A stretch of DNA of 63,401 nt, filler included, from Choristocarpus tenellus KU-1152 (lineage: Eukaryota; Protista; Phaeophyceae), in the NCBI GenBank assembly GCA_964200185.2. It is 11 parts of 11 records of this genome, joined end to end, with 100 filler letters (N's around TTAATTAATTAA, not from the genome) between each part and the next. Parts side by side here need not be neighbours in the genome. Positions count along the whole stretch, not along the records: positions 1 to 6,969 come from CAXNAD020006945.1; positions 7,070 to 11,255 come from CAXNAD020015790.1; positions 11,356 to 17,009 come from CAXNAD020010123.1; 8 more parts are not named here. One strand, written 5' to 3'. The position numbers were made by a program, and so were the translations under genes. Shown one piece after another: positions 1 through 11,462 of the stretch; within the stretch, counting starts at the first letter, position 1; the number at the start of each line of letters is the position of its first letter. The notes beneath the pieces are model-generated. The model had not been told where the DNA came from, did no database searches, and was given only the letters and a program-made list of their open reading frames with translations.

Positions 1-24
1 GAAGCTATGGTGGTGGCGGGAGGG

Positions 25-74
<50 letters not shown>

Positions 75-121
75 TTTTACAGGAACTTGCCCAGGCCAGG
101 CGTGATGTTAATTCTTCTCAC

Positions 122-3100
122 CAAATACACCGCTACAATGCGATTGGATGCAACAAAACGGGCCACTCCAACGAGGTCTCCACTAGCCCCGAGTGAAAAG
201 GTCATCCCAACAAATGTCAGTGCGTTACAAAAGAAGGTCACCTCAGACCTTGTTGCACCCAAAACGAACACGTGTTCCTGTCAGATATTTTCGTAGCGGT
301 CGGAGAGATAGAGATAGAGATGGAGAGAGAGAGACAAGGGATAGAGACAAGAGTCAAGAGCTGGCACAGCACGTAAGTCAGAAGTCTCTCCATTACCTTC
401 CAGCGAGTACACAATCACCTTACTCCATCACACACACCTTCAGACTCGGGTCAGGAGTGCCTACCTCATCATCTATATGTGAAAATAGGGTTTAGGAATA
501 GAGTCAGAAGCGCAGCATTCCTGACAAAGTACGTAACCACTCTTGACGGTGCTTTGTGTTAGATTACCTGTAGCACTAACAGTGAACATGATGGTTTTTT
601 GTGTTGGATTACTTGTAGCACTAACAGTGAACATGATGGTGTTTTGTGTTGGATTACTTGTAGCACTAACAGTGAACATGATGGTGGTGTTTTGTGTTGG
701 ATTGCTGGTGCCACTACCATTAACACCGTAACACCCTGCAACACAACACTGACCTAATCAAGATATTTGGACGCCTGCATGTCTGCCATCTCAATGGAGG
801 TGTTGGGGTGTATGCATGCCTGGCCTAACTCCTTATATACAGATTTCTTCCAAGAATGTGGGTGCATTGTGTCAGCATGTTCATCCACAGAGATATTCAT
901 CTTGGTCATCCCAAGTACCCACTAAGGGACCGGAGAGATTGGTGCCCGGCACCCCAAAATTATACCTCAATTCAGGGTTGTAGGCCTTAAATTAGGTGAT
1001 ATGTACCTGACGGTTTCCTTGGAATTTTCCCAACAAATAAACAAATCTATTAAAAGAGACAAAATACACTTTTTATATTCCTATATTCAACTCAGCAATA
1101 AAAAAAACATCCTCAGGAGTTCTACGGCATTGGTCAGGCAGAATATCGAGGAACCCTAAACCTACTTTTTTTGTTTTTAAATATTTGCAGAAAGCTAGTT
1201 CTGAGATCACAAGATTTGACTCAGTGTATTGCCCATCCACTAGTCCATTGAACTATCTTACGCAAGTAATCAAGAGACGTTTGTCTCACCCTTGAAGTGA
1301 CCAATAACACCCTAGGTACAAAAATGTCTAGTAAGTAATAATACAAATCGAGAAGGATACTACTACCAGATCGAATTTTGAGATCCCCTCGGACTGCCAC
1401 TAACTTCACCCACGCCATGTACACCCTTTGTGAACATGTCACGAACACCTATCACCTTTTACCCTCCTTGTATGCGGGGGCAGAAACCCTACGATGAACT
1501 AGAAACCCACTCCAGTCACAGCAGAGCTTCCCTCTTGCACTACCATTTATTTCTACACACTTTTCTACCACTGAGCCAGACCTACATTTCTCTCCCAAAG
1601 GGTATACCCCCTTTCGTCTTCTCGTTCCATCCATCGACCCATCAGAATAGACGTCAATTCTCAACAGCAAGAGATCACAGACGTGAACAGGTCAACTGCT
1701 TCTGTCGGCAGCAGACAAAGGTTCAAGTCTCATCCTTTGCCCGGTTTTTTTTCGGTGTCAACTCTAATTCGTGGGTGCAATACACTGGCTAGAAAATCTC
1801 TCTTTTCCTCAGTTACGACAGCGGTCTCTAAAACACACAGAGTTTAAATGTAATTGACATTTTTGGACTTTCCTTACATCCAAGCATTTTTTTTTTATTC
1901 CCTCCAAGCACACGTGTGAGAGTTAGTAATGACAAGCCGCAAACATTACCATGTCCAATTTCAATCTTTAATTATTTTTTACCCAAGAGATTCACAAGAT
2001 GCACACCCTGCAACTACTGCATGGACGGAAAATATTGCAAAGTTGAAGGTACTCCAGTCAAAAAGATTGTTACTATTTTTTTTTCCAACTTCCCTCTCAA
2101 ACTTCAGAAAAAAAAAAGACTTTTTCCATGAAAAAATAGTTATGTGGAGAGAGAGAACTAACTTCACACAAACCAAAAGAGGGCAAAAAAGCTGCGTCTT
2201 GAAATTGACTAGCACAAGTTATGACTGCAAACAAAATACGTTGAGAGTTTGTTGGGTTTAGCATATTCCACAGCAATTAAAGCCATACCAACCAAATGAA
2301 ACTCCCACACTCGGCGAGAGCATCATGTTTCTCAAGGAAAATCAGTGCCCTTCATCACACATAGAAACCTTCGGGGAAAAGGGAGGTTGAAGGAACTCTA
2401 TCGAGACTCGTTTGAGCATTTGTGACATCGTGTTTGAACTTCTATGTTGGTCAAAAAAGAATATAGGTGAAATTCAACAATAGTCCATCGTTACGTTATT
2501 ATCTCCACATTCACCAACGCCTTCCACCGAACGAATGTGTGCTGCCTAAAATACCAATGCTGTGGAGGAGGGGTACGATTTATTAATCTCTTCACCCATT
2601 CTCTTTTTACACCCCACTGTCCAGGACACACCAGCACACACCTGAAGATTTGGCAGCACAGCATCTGCACACACAGAAAGCATGACCATCCCTATCCCTC
2701 GCGGGTCAAAATCAGGAGCCATGGCCATATCCGCCTCCGCAAAGACTATCAAACCCATGCACACCGCCAAAGCTGCAACAAACTCCCCACTGCTGATAAT
2801 CTGCCTTCGCCAAACCACTGCGATCAACATAGTGGGGATCAGCTTGCACGAACGGAAGATCACCTTCACATCACCACACACCACAAGTGTTCAGAGGGGA
2901 AGGCAATGGCGGGCGCCATTGGAGGTAGGGTGCATTCAAGGCAAAAGGTTGGGATGGGGGAAGGGGAGGAGGAGTGAGCCAAAAACGTTGGCGGAAAAAA
3001 TGGCGACCAAGGTGGGGCATGTATGCGCACGCACAAAACCTCAAGTGCTTGCTTGAGGAAATTTCTTGATAACTTTCTGGTGGGTGCACACAAAAGTGTA

Positions 3101-4651
3101 TCCTAGTGTGCGGTTGAAACGTCAGCATGAGAAAATGAAAGCACACCACCACCAACATGTGGTGGCGAAAACGTACTGTGTGTGAGACGAACAAAAAAAA
3201 ATCATCCTATTCCACCTCGCCGCCTCGATTCTCATAAGTGACATCATCACAACCTGTGTCAAGAGAGTTCCTAAAGAACACCACATATACAGAATAAATT
3301 ATCAACGGATCAAGAGCTGCCAAAATACTTGGGGCAAACATTCAGGAACCTGAACGGTGCTAAAATGCATCCTAGAAAATGCCGTTTAAACATACGTATA
3401 CGTTGGAAGTTTTTTTTTACTCTAGCTGACACACAGTCAATGTCTTCTTGTACCCCCTTTGTGTCCAGAAACACCACTACAGAGACTGTACTGTACAATC
3501 CCGGTATAGCAAGATGGTTCCCCTGCAATAAATCCCAGTGTTGAAGCATTCAAGGATCCACAAAAAATAGGCATATACTCTGGAATGTGCTTGTACTTCC
3601 AACCAGCTATGACACAATAATTTTAGCCCACAACTTTGACAACACCGTCCAAAGAGGCTTTGAGTGCAGAGGGGCGGAGGGGGGAAGTTCTTTGTAGCAA
3701 GAAAGCCCTCACCTTAGTAGGGTAGTTGATATAGTTGAGAGCAATGTTTGACAGGGAGCTCGAGACCCCCAGACAACATGCTAGCAGGATGTACAGACGA
3801 AAAGGTGCAACACGCTTGAAAGTTTCCCCCTCAGAATACCTCTCCAACAGTGATCCAACACACACACCAACAACCTCCAAGAGCCCAAGTGCCCAGCCAT
3901 AAACAAAGCCTTCAAACGAGTATATTTTCTCCTGCATAGAGACAAATGCAGGGAGATTGGGGGAGGAAGGGCAGCATCAAGGATTTGCTCAGAGGTCAGC
4001 ATCTGTCGCAAACCTTTTCCTTTCTGAAGCTCTGGGTAGTAAACCGGGATTACAACCATAACATCTTTAGTTTCGATCATAGCGACAATGGGTCATTTGC
4101 TACAATTCCATCTAATCACTGTAACACTGCCACCTTTTGGAAGATAATGTTTCCTCAATGCCAACACAGGAAACAGGTCAGGAAAAGTTTAGCCACCTCC
4201 CATCCCCTGGCTACAATTTGACAACGCATACCGCAGTAAAAGTACGCTATTGCCATTTTGCCGAGTTGTTGAGGCTTCCTCGAAGTGCTCGCTAAACATT
4301 GAAAACAGTACCTATCAATTGTACGCAATGGAAATGGCTACTGTGGATAAAACACACACACTAGTTAGACGCAGAGCCTTCGACGACTTTGCGAAGTGGG
4401 TAACATAGCATCACTTCTTATGAAACATGTTGGCATACTTGGGTCATTAATCAAAGAAGCATCAGTGAGACTGAACAAACCTGCAGAAAGTTGTGGATCC
4501 CGAAGAAAAGGAGAACTAAAAATATCAAGAGAATGAGCTTAACAGGTGAGTCCAAAGACTGGAGTAAGGAATCAACCGTTGGTGGTGACTTCCCGTCACC
4601 ACTCTCCTTGCCATCATCATTATTCTGATCAATTCGAACACCTGTCACCAT
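122..4651 (-). CDS. UAA-family nucleotide-sugar transporter (PAPS transporter 2/SLC35B3-like), 5' four exons; 3' end missing at the contig edge
   Basis: In-frame phase-0 exons 4651-4481, 3931-3713, 2863-2642 and 277-122, all with GT-AG boundaries. The spliced protein has UAA-family motifs: FFGIHNFLQE, LSNIALNYINYPTKVIFRSCKLIPTM, SVCADAVLPNLQE. Confidence 0.88.
552..712. repeat. 45-bp intronic minisatellite (~3.5 copies)
   Basis: Unit TGTGTTGGATTACTTGTAGCACTAACAGTGAACATGATGGT... recurs at ~555, 600, 645 and 693. Confidence 0.9.
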
Positions 4652-6926
4652 GCGTGTACCAACAGCGATGTTGGAAGGTACCCGTAAAAGAGAAGTCAGC
4701 TGCTATTAAGGTGTTGTCGGACAAAAAGCATCACAATAAATGTACCAATATGTTAAGGGAAGTCCGGTGTAATGCGGCAATTTATCAATTATCGGTCTAA
4801 GATGGCATTGCTCCAGCATTCTCTGGTTCGTATGGTCACAGACTCAACGCGACATGATACAGGGTGATAACTTGAGTCAATGACTTGAGTACAATCGATC
4901 GCCAAGCAGCGAGCCATGACTCACCAGTGTACCCATCGCACATCGACCCAGAAATCTTCTGTGATGCATCTTGTGCTCGATTCTCCACACCCGTGCCTAT
5001 ACTCTTGCTCCTTCCCCCAGACTGTGACGATAGACCTCCAACTTCCAAATCTGAAACCCCACCTTGTTCACCAGATAACATTGGAAAAGTCATATAGATT
5101 GTTGGCATGTAAGATGCAGACCCCGAAACTTGATCACGTGGGAATCTATCAACTGGGAAAGTACAAAAATTCATCGTAAATGCCATTCATTAACGTCTCA
5201 CCCAAGGAATCCTGCCTTGTTCCCTGCCTGTGTGTCAGTAATTGGGAGCAAGTCCGAATGGCACTATGACCTATAGTCATGATGGAAACCTTATCAATGG
5301 ATGGTACAAGAATGCACTTTTCTTGAGGCCTTAACTGTTGACGAAATAGCCCACAGAAGGTTATTGTTCACCTTGGATCAACAATACACTACTACACTCT
5401 TCAGTTGTCTTAGAGATGTAAACGTCTTACAACTGAACTTGAAACTTCACGGATGAATGATGGATAGAGTAGGTGAGCTGTTATACCAAGTAGGTGATGG
5501 ATACAAAGAACGATTAGATAGAGTTGGGTTTTTTGTTCACATTGTCAAAATGTCACACCGATGAAAATATATATAATGAATGATTACATTACATTTGTGG
5601 GAACTTTTAAGCTTGACCTCTTAATTATTATACTTGATATTATTTTCCCTACACTCTTGAAATGTCACAATGCACAATAATCCATATTTGTAAGTATATT
5701 TCTGAGTACTTTCGAACTTAGAACGTCTTGAAAGTGTTCTGTGAATCATATATTTCCTCAAACCTTTCAAGTATATTTTATGATTGCCACTGTACCATGT
5801 TTGTTGTGATGGAGAGAGGCGAATCGGATATGTTTGATATTATTTTTCATATCTTATTATCTCATATCCACAAAAAGTACAACTACACATTGAGGAAAAA
5901 GAACAACGAAGAGAGACCAATAATAAAAGAGGAAAACTCAAAAATAAATATATCTTATATGAATGGAGGAATGAATTTGTGAGGCTTCTATTGTTAGGTT
6001 TTGATTACCCCATTCTTACACCAATCAAATTACACCGTCGCCATTTTTTGTTGTGCTCGATTTTCTTCGTAAAATTAAAGTAAATATGTTTTCTTCATAG
6101 GTTTCTTAATTGGGTATATATAATTATGTTTTATTGACATTTTGGAAATGTGCAAGGGGAAAAACTGAGGAAAAGCCGGTTCAATATTAGAACAACTCTT
6201 GAATAAGTAACACATAATCTAAATGTGAAAGATAGTTTTTTGTATCTGATTGAATATCGTTAGTCCAACTTCTTCGTCGCAAGTAATTATTAGGATAGTT
6301 TGAAGTATAAGTTACAACATTGCTACCTTGTCAATTTCTTATGCTTAGGGTTAGGGACATTCCCAAGTCGCCTTAACGACATATTGCGTATCTTTGTGAT
6401 TGAGACACATCAACAGGTTGAAGCTCAAATGGGGATCAACTCACATGGTCTACGCCTTTCTCCACCATCCACCGTCAACATACTGCTTTTGTAAGCTCAG
6501 TTGACTGAAGAGTAGTCTCACAAAGACGAGATTGCGCAATAAATTGTCAAGAGCACAATATACAAAATGTAGGACTTCAACCTCATATTGGCGTTCTATG
6601 AAACCACCATCAAGACCCATCACCCGTGACATGTCCCCCAGTGTAAAGCAAAACTGCCTTAATGCAAAGAGCAGGCGACAAGGAAATGAAATGTCTCTCC
6701 ATAACCTATCATGAACGTAGCAGAAAAAATATATTAATGTGACTACCAGGTCTTGAAATATCATTAGGCAGCTTTCAGGACAGAAACAGGGGGGGAAACA
6801 CCCTTTCCAACGTTTGCCCTAGCAACAGATACAGATATGCTAACATGACTCTCGCACCTCACAGCACTCACTCTGCATTTGACTTAATATTCATGACAAA
6901 CCTCCTAAATCAAAGTCTTACACTCG

Positions 6927-6969
6927 GGGTCAAAGTATCTGGGGGGTGGGGGTGGTTTGTGAGGGGGCG
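6927..6969 (+). mobile_element. Terminus of GGG-type MITE (family B), truncated by the contig end
   Basis: GGGTCAAAGTATCTGGGGGG. Its reverse complement is seen at the contig starts at 17110-17130, 55149-55166 and 11405-11425. Confidence 0.6.
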
Positions 6970-7069
6970 NNNNNNNNNNNNNNNNNNNNNNNNNNNNNNN
7001 NNNNNNNNNNNNNTTAATTAATTAANNNNNNNNNNNNNNNNNNNNNNNNNNNNNNNNNNNNNNNNNNNN
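6970..7069. other. Artificial contig linker N44-TTAATTAATTAA-N44 (first of ten)
   Basis: The identical 100-nt linker also occurs at 11256-11355, 17010-17109, 21181-21280, 24092-24191, 32928-33027, 45236-45335, 51500-51599, 54966-55065 and 60428-60527. The 12-mer gives stops in all six frames. Confidence 0.98.
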
Positions 7070-8288
7070 GAGGGGTCTGTTGGATTCTTGGGATGCCTCC
7101 CTAGCTCCCCCCCCCGGCTATGCTTTTAGTAGCTCGAATTATTCTGGTTGGCAGTGTAAAACACGTTAAGAAAAAATACGATTGAGTATTTTTGAGTCTA
7201 CTTGGAGTTCTCCGAGTGTTCCTGGGTCGTCTATTGATGATATTGACGGTTAGATTACAGGATCAGATTTGTCAGCCTCCACGTTATCATTCTTACATCT
7301 TCCACAGTGAGCTCCACCTCATAGTCTTCCCGCAAAAGGTTCTCATCTCCTCCTCCCTCTGCACCATCTATTCGTCACCCTATCTCGTCTGAATCTTCCA
7401 GCTCATCTGGAACATTAATACTGTGTAAAATAGGTCCCCTTCCGATACCTTGTGAGATAAGTTCTTTTTTTTACAGCGATTGGTAAGATCAGGCACTGTG
7501 TGTACACATTGACTTTCGTATAATTCCAAAAAAAAAAAGCACATGCCAAAACCTTCTATTACGTGGTCCAATTGGCATGTTCCCGTGGCTGCGTACTGAA
7601 CGGTAGAGTGAGAGCAGCAGAACGAACATATGTCTGTAGGTTGTCACTGGGCAGGATTGATAGGATTTTTTCTCGAGAAGGCCATGCAGGAGAGCATCAG
7701 CCGCAGGCCACTGTTACAAGACCCACTCCAGACTGACATAGTCAAACAAACTGTGATGCATCATTACTTGACCAAGGTAATAACTGGAGAATGATCTTCG
7801 TTTGGAGGAACTAGTACCAGTACCACCTAGGGAGATGGATAAACCCATTTGACAAACATTGGTTTCCCCGAATTGTGTTCAACCTGTTAGTACACTCCAT
7901 TGGTCACTCCTACACCGGGCACTTTCCTCGCTGGTCGAGGTCAAAGCCAGATGGTGATGAGGCACCACGACACCTTCGAGATTTTTCATCCATACAACCA
8001 ATCCAATAGATGAGATATTCCTGGTACTTGTTTCTGGTGTGTCCCCTTCAGCTGCGACAGCATTTGTCATCCGTAAGCAACCAACCACATCCCTCGTGGC
8101 TGAAGGTGATCCCGTAAGTAGCTCTAAATCGATGTATACAAAACACAGTGTGGAATACGGTTGCGACAAACTGCTCTAAAGATCCGCTAGTACAACATTA
8201 ACATCTCTTCCTCTTCCATAACACTGCGTGTCAGTATACTAGGTATTAATTTTGCGTTGTTATTTTTCTTAAGCAATTTCCACAAGAG

Positions 8289-8535
8289 TCACCAGCTGTG
8301 GTACATTGCATAGTTCTCTGTCAGGGGAGGTTCATCAGTCAGCATCACGCACTCAGTGCCATGCACATTCTTATAGTCCACTGTCAGAAAGGGGTTGCCA
8401 GGGTCGATGCTCCTAGCTGCTTCAAAGTCCTCCACAGCTGCAGGAAAATCCCCAAGGGCCTTTTGCACCCAACCCCTTCGGAAGAGTGTGTGTGCATCAA
8501 GTGGCTCATCCAAGAGGCACTCATTGTAGTCGAGT
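8289..8535 (-). CDS. Terminal exon of a TPR-repeat protein
   Basis: Acceptor ctgtatag at 8536. Translation ...EPLDAHTLFRRGWVQKALGDFPAAVEDFEAARSIDPGNP... matches the TPR consensus; stop at 8289-8291. A possible upstream TPR-like exon at ~11010-11141 (AERLILLSPKSTDAH) is uncertain. Confidence 0.65.
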
Positions 8536-9990
8536 CTATACAGAAGAGGGATCATTGGGAAATGGGGATATTGACAAGAAATCGGTTGGATATATGTCTC
8601 CACCACACCATACACATATCATGGTAGGTATATCAATGGCTCAAAATATCTGGTGGTGGTGGTGGGGGGTCTACACTGAGGTATCCATTCGGGCCCTGAC
8701 CAGAAGAAGTGCACTTACATTATTCATCCGATGCAGCAACCAAATCACCCAAAAATCACAACATGGAAAAATGAGCCCAAAATGGACAGCCGCCACCCCC
8801 CCCCCATACTTTGAGCCAACCCTGCTGTGTAGAAAAGCTACGAGCATTCTTGTCTGTGTCTCGTAATAATAGCAGTGTTTAAACTCATTTTTCTTGTCCC
8901 TACAGGCAGCTTGCTTGTTCAGTGGCATTTCTCCTTTGAGGTCCACCCATAGGAAGTTATCAAAGATCAAGTGAAACATGCTATAGATCATGTACACCAG
9001 TTGCCGCATCAAAGGAATAGAACAATGGATTATCCGAGTTCAGTAAGGTGGAAATGAATTGGAATCCGAGATTAGCCCAATTTTGTATGCCCTGATGGGA
9101 GAGGGATCGGATTCCTTTGCTGTTGGGGCCTTAGTGATAAAAGCGTTAGACTCTTGGCCGACAACGGCAGGAAAAACTGAACAAAACCGGCAATTGATAC
9201 CATAATATCAACTCTGGTTCACGGAAGTTTATGTTGATTGTAATTTGCAATTGGTGCTACACTTTTAATCCACTGTACTGTCAACCGTTGCCCTCACAAT
9301 CGCACTTTCCTCCAGACCAAATTGTGCAGTTACATTGTACAACCTCTTGCCTGCTTGAAACATATTATCTGACACACCAATGGGGGCAAAGCAATGGTGC
9401 CACTGTCCTCACTCGAAGAATCAGCTCCAGATCATGTCACTCCTCAGGACCAAGGTTTCATGTACAGGTTTCTACAGCTAGGAGTCAAACAACCTTGTTC
9501 CAATATCAAAGCCCTGGTTTTTCTGCTGATCATGTGCCTTGCTCATGTAAATCCTCCTGAGGACTAATAACCCAAATTAATTAACAAGGAATTGATTGCA
9601 TCAATGCATGCCCACGTTATCTTCTCATTTCCAAACATCACATATATATATATATTCTGAGTATCATCATTTTTTTGCGTTTTTTATGCGTAGACAGAAA
9701 CTTTATCACAACAATTTAGCATATGCAGTACCTTAAAGCTTACTGTCTGACCAGATCTTGACTGCATTGAGCATGGGTGGGAACATACATGTGGCAAATA
9801 GAGACCTCCATGGCTCTTGAACCAAAAAAAAATCAGGGTGGAAGATGAAAGGCAGGGCAAGGGGAAAATATCCTTTCAAAATCTACCCGAACAAGAAGAA
9901 GATGTCACCTATATTCAATATCGATTCATTGATTGAGTGTTTTGAATTGTACTAATATATTTAGTCCAATGTTGTAGGACAGAAGGGAAT

Positions 9991-10250
9991 GGAAGTATCT
10001 TATTAAGAGAGGGTACGAGTTTTGCCCTGTTTGTCCGTTTGTGACTTGGCTTCCCACGGATTCTTATGACATTTTACCTAATCCAAAATGTTTTGGAGTG
10101 GGTAAAATGTATACGCTATGAAAAGGTGTGTCCGGAACAAGGATGCTGACACTTCCTAACAAACACGATAGCCAAAATTTCAACAAAATTGCAACATTGG
10201 ATTTTGGCCCCCAAACGGACGCAGCTCTACCCTCTAAGGTATTTTGACTC
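9991..10250 (+). mobile_element. MITE family A copy (degenerate left end)
   Basis: Colinear with 59944-60203. Right end CTCTACCCTCTAAGGTATTTTGACTC. Confidence 0.85.
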
Positions 10251-10545
10251 AATACTCGGAGGAAGTATGCCGAAGTGAACTTTATAGAGAAATGAAAAGG
10301 GAAAACGCTTATTTATATGTGTATCATAAATATAAGTAAAAAAATGCAGATGTGCTTGGATAGGAAGAATTCAATAGAAGAGCTTGAACTAGGCTAGTGA
10401 GAGAGAACGAATGACTCAATCATTTATATCCACACAGATATCAGCTCTAAGGTTGCATAAATGGATACAGGCAAAGGGAGTTGCAACTATTCATTCACAA
10501 GCACAGATGAAGACCAAGTCCAGTGCCGTGAATTCTTCAGCTAAA

Positions 10546-10754
10546 GAGTGAAAGTATCTTAGAGGGTACGAGATTTTCCCTGTTTGTCCATTTGGGACTT
10601 GGCTTCCTGCGGGTTTTTAGTGACATTTTATCTACTCCAAAATGTTTCAAAGTAGGAAAAAAGTATGCATTATGAAAAGTTGTGTCCAGAACAAGGATAT
10701 TGACATCTCCTAACAAACATGGACGCGGCTCTACCCTCTAAGATAACTTAACTC
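10546..10754 (+). mobile_element. MITE family A copy (~50-bp internal deletion)
   Basis: GAGTGAAAGTATCTTAGAGGGTA...TACCCTCTAAGATAACTTAACTC; interior colinear with the other copies. Confidence 0.85.
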
Positions 10755-10924
10755 AAACACAGACATCACCAGCAGCAGAGTGGAGCAAGTAATGCCGTAC
10801 AGCCGTTGAGTTATTTTGTGTGGGCTATCGACACTGATCTGAGAAAATCTTGACTTCCATTCACTACAAGGGTGGAGGTTGACTGAACACTATTTTCCAC
10901 AAAAGGTGTCAGCAATTTGGTGTG

Positions 10925-10959
<35 letters not shown>

Positions 10960-11355
10960 GTACTCTCAAATATATTTTTCGTATTAGTACCAGACCACTG
11001 ACAAACTGCAACCCCTATTTGAATCTCTGATGTAGTTTCACAAAGTATGGCATACATGGAATGAGCATCAGTGCTCTTAGGAGAAAGTAAGATGAGCCTT
11101 TCTGCTATGGTGGCCAATATGAGGCAAGAGTCACTGCTCATCGGTCAATTTGTTGTCACGAAAAGAAGGATTCTTTATTAAAGGTTATGGCAGCATAAAA
11201 CAATAAATTATATGGGCCTAAGATACTCAATGACCCAAAGTATCTCGGAGGGGGGNNNNNNNNNNNNNNNNNNNNNNNNNNNNNNNNNNNNNNNNNNNNT
11301 TAATTAATTAANNNNNNNNNNNNNNNNNNNNNNNNNNNNNNNNNNNNNNNNNNNN

Positions 11356-11462
11356 AAAAGGGTTGTTTGGCCGAAACGGACGTCCCCTCACAAACCACCC
11401 CCTCCCCCCCAAGATACTTTTACCCTTAAACAGGGCAAAACTCCTGCCCTCTTAAATACTTT
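11356..11462 (-). mobile_element. Family B terminus abutting a family A left-end fragment
   Basis: CCCCAAGATACTTTTACCC is followed by AAACAGGGCAAAACTCCTGCCCTCTTAAATACTTT, a diverged reverse complement of the family A left end. Confidence 0.55.

Noticed and set aside
20-72. Long poly-G/poly-C tracts at contig ends as regulatory G-quadruplexes
   Set aside because: They coincide with assembly breaks, and homopolymer length is unreliable.
473-744. Repeat-peptide ORFs on both strands
   Set aside because: They are products of the 45-bp minisatellite inside a transporter intron.
7014-7025. Recurrent palindromic TTAATTAATTAA motif (10 copies)
   Set aside because: It is always centred in an identical N44 pad, so it is an artificial six-frame-stop contig linker. 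Gene clustering across linkers is likewise meaningless.
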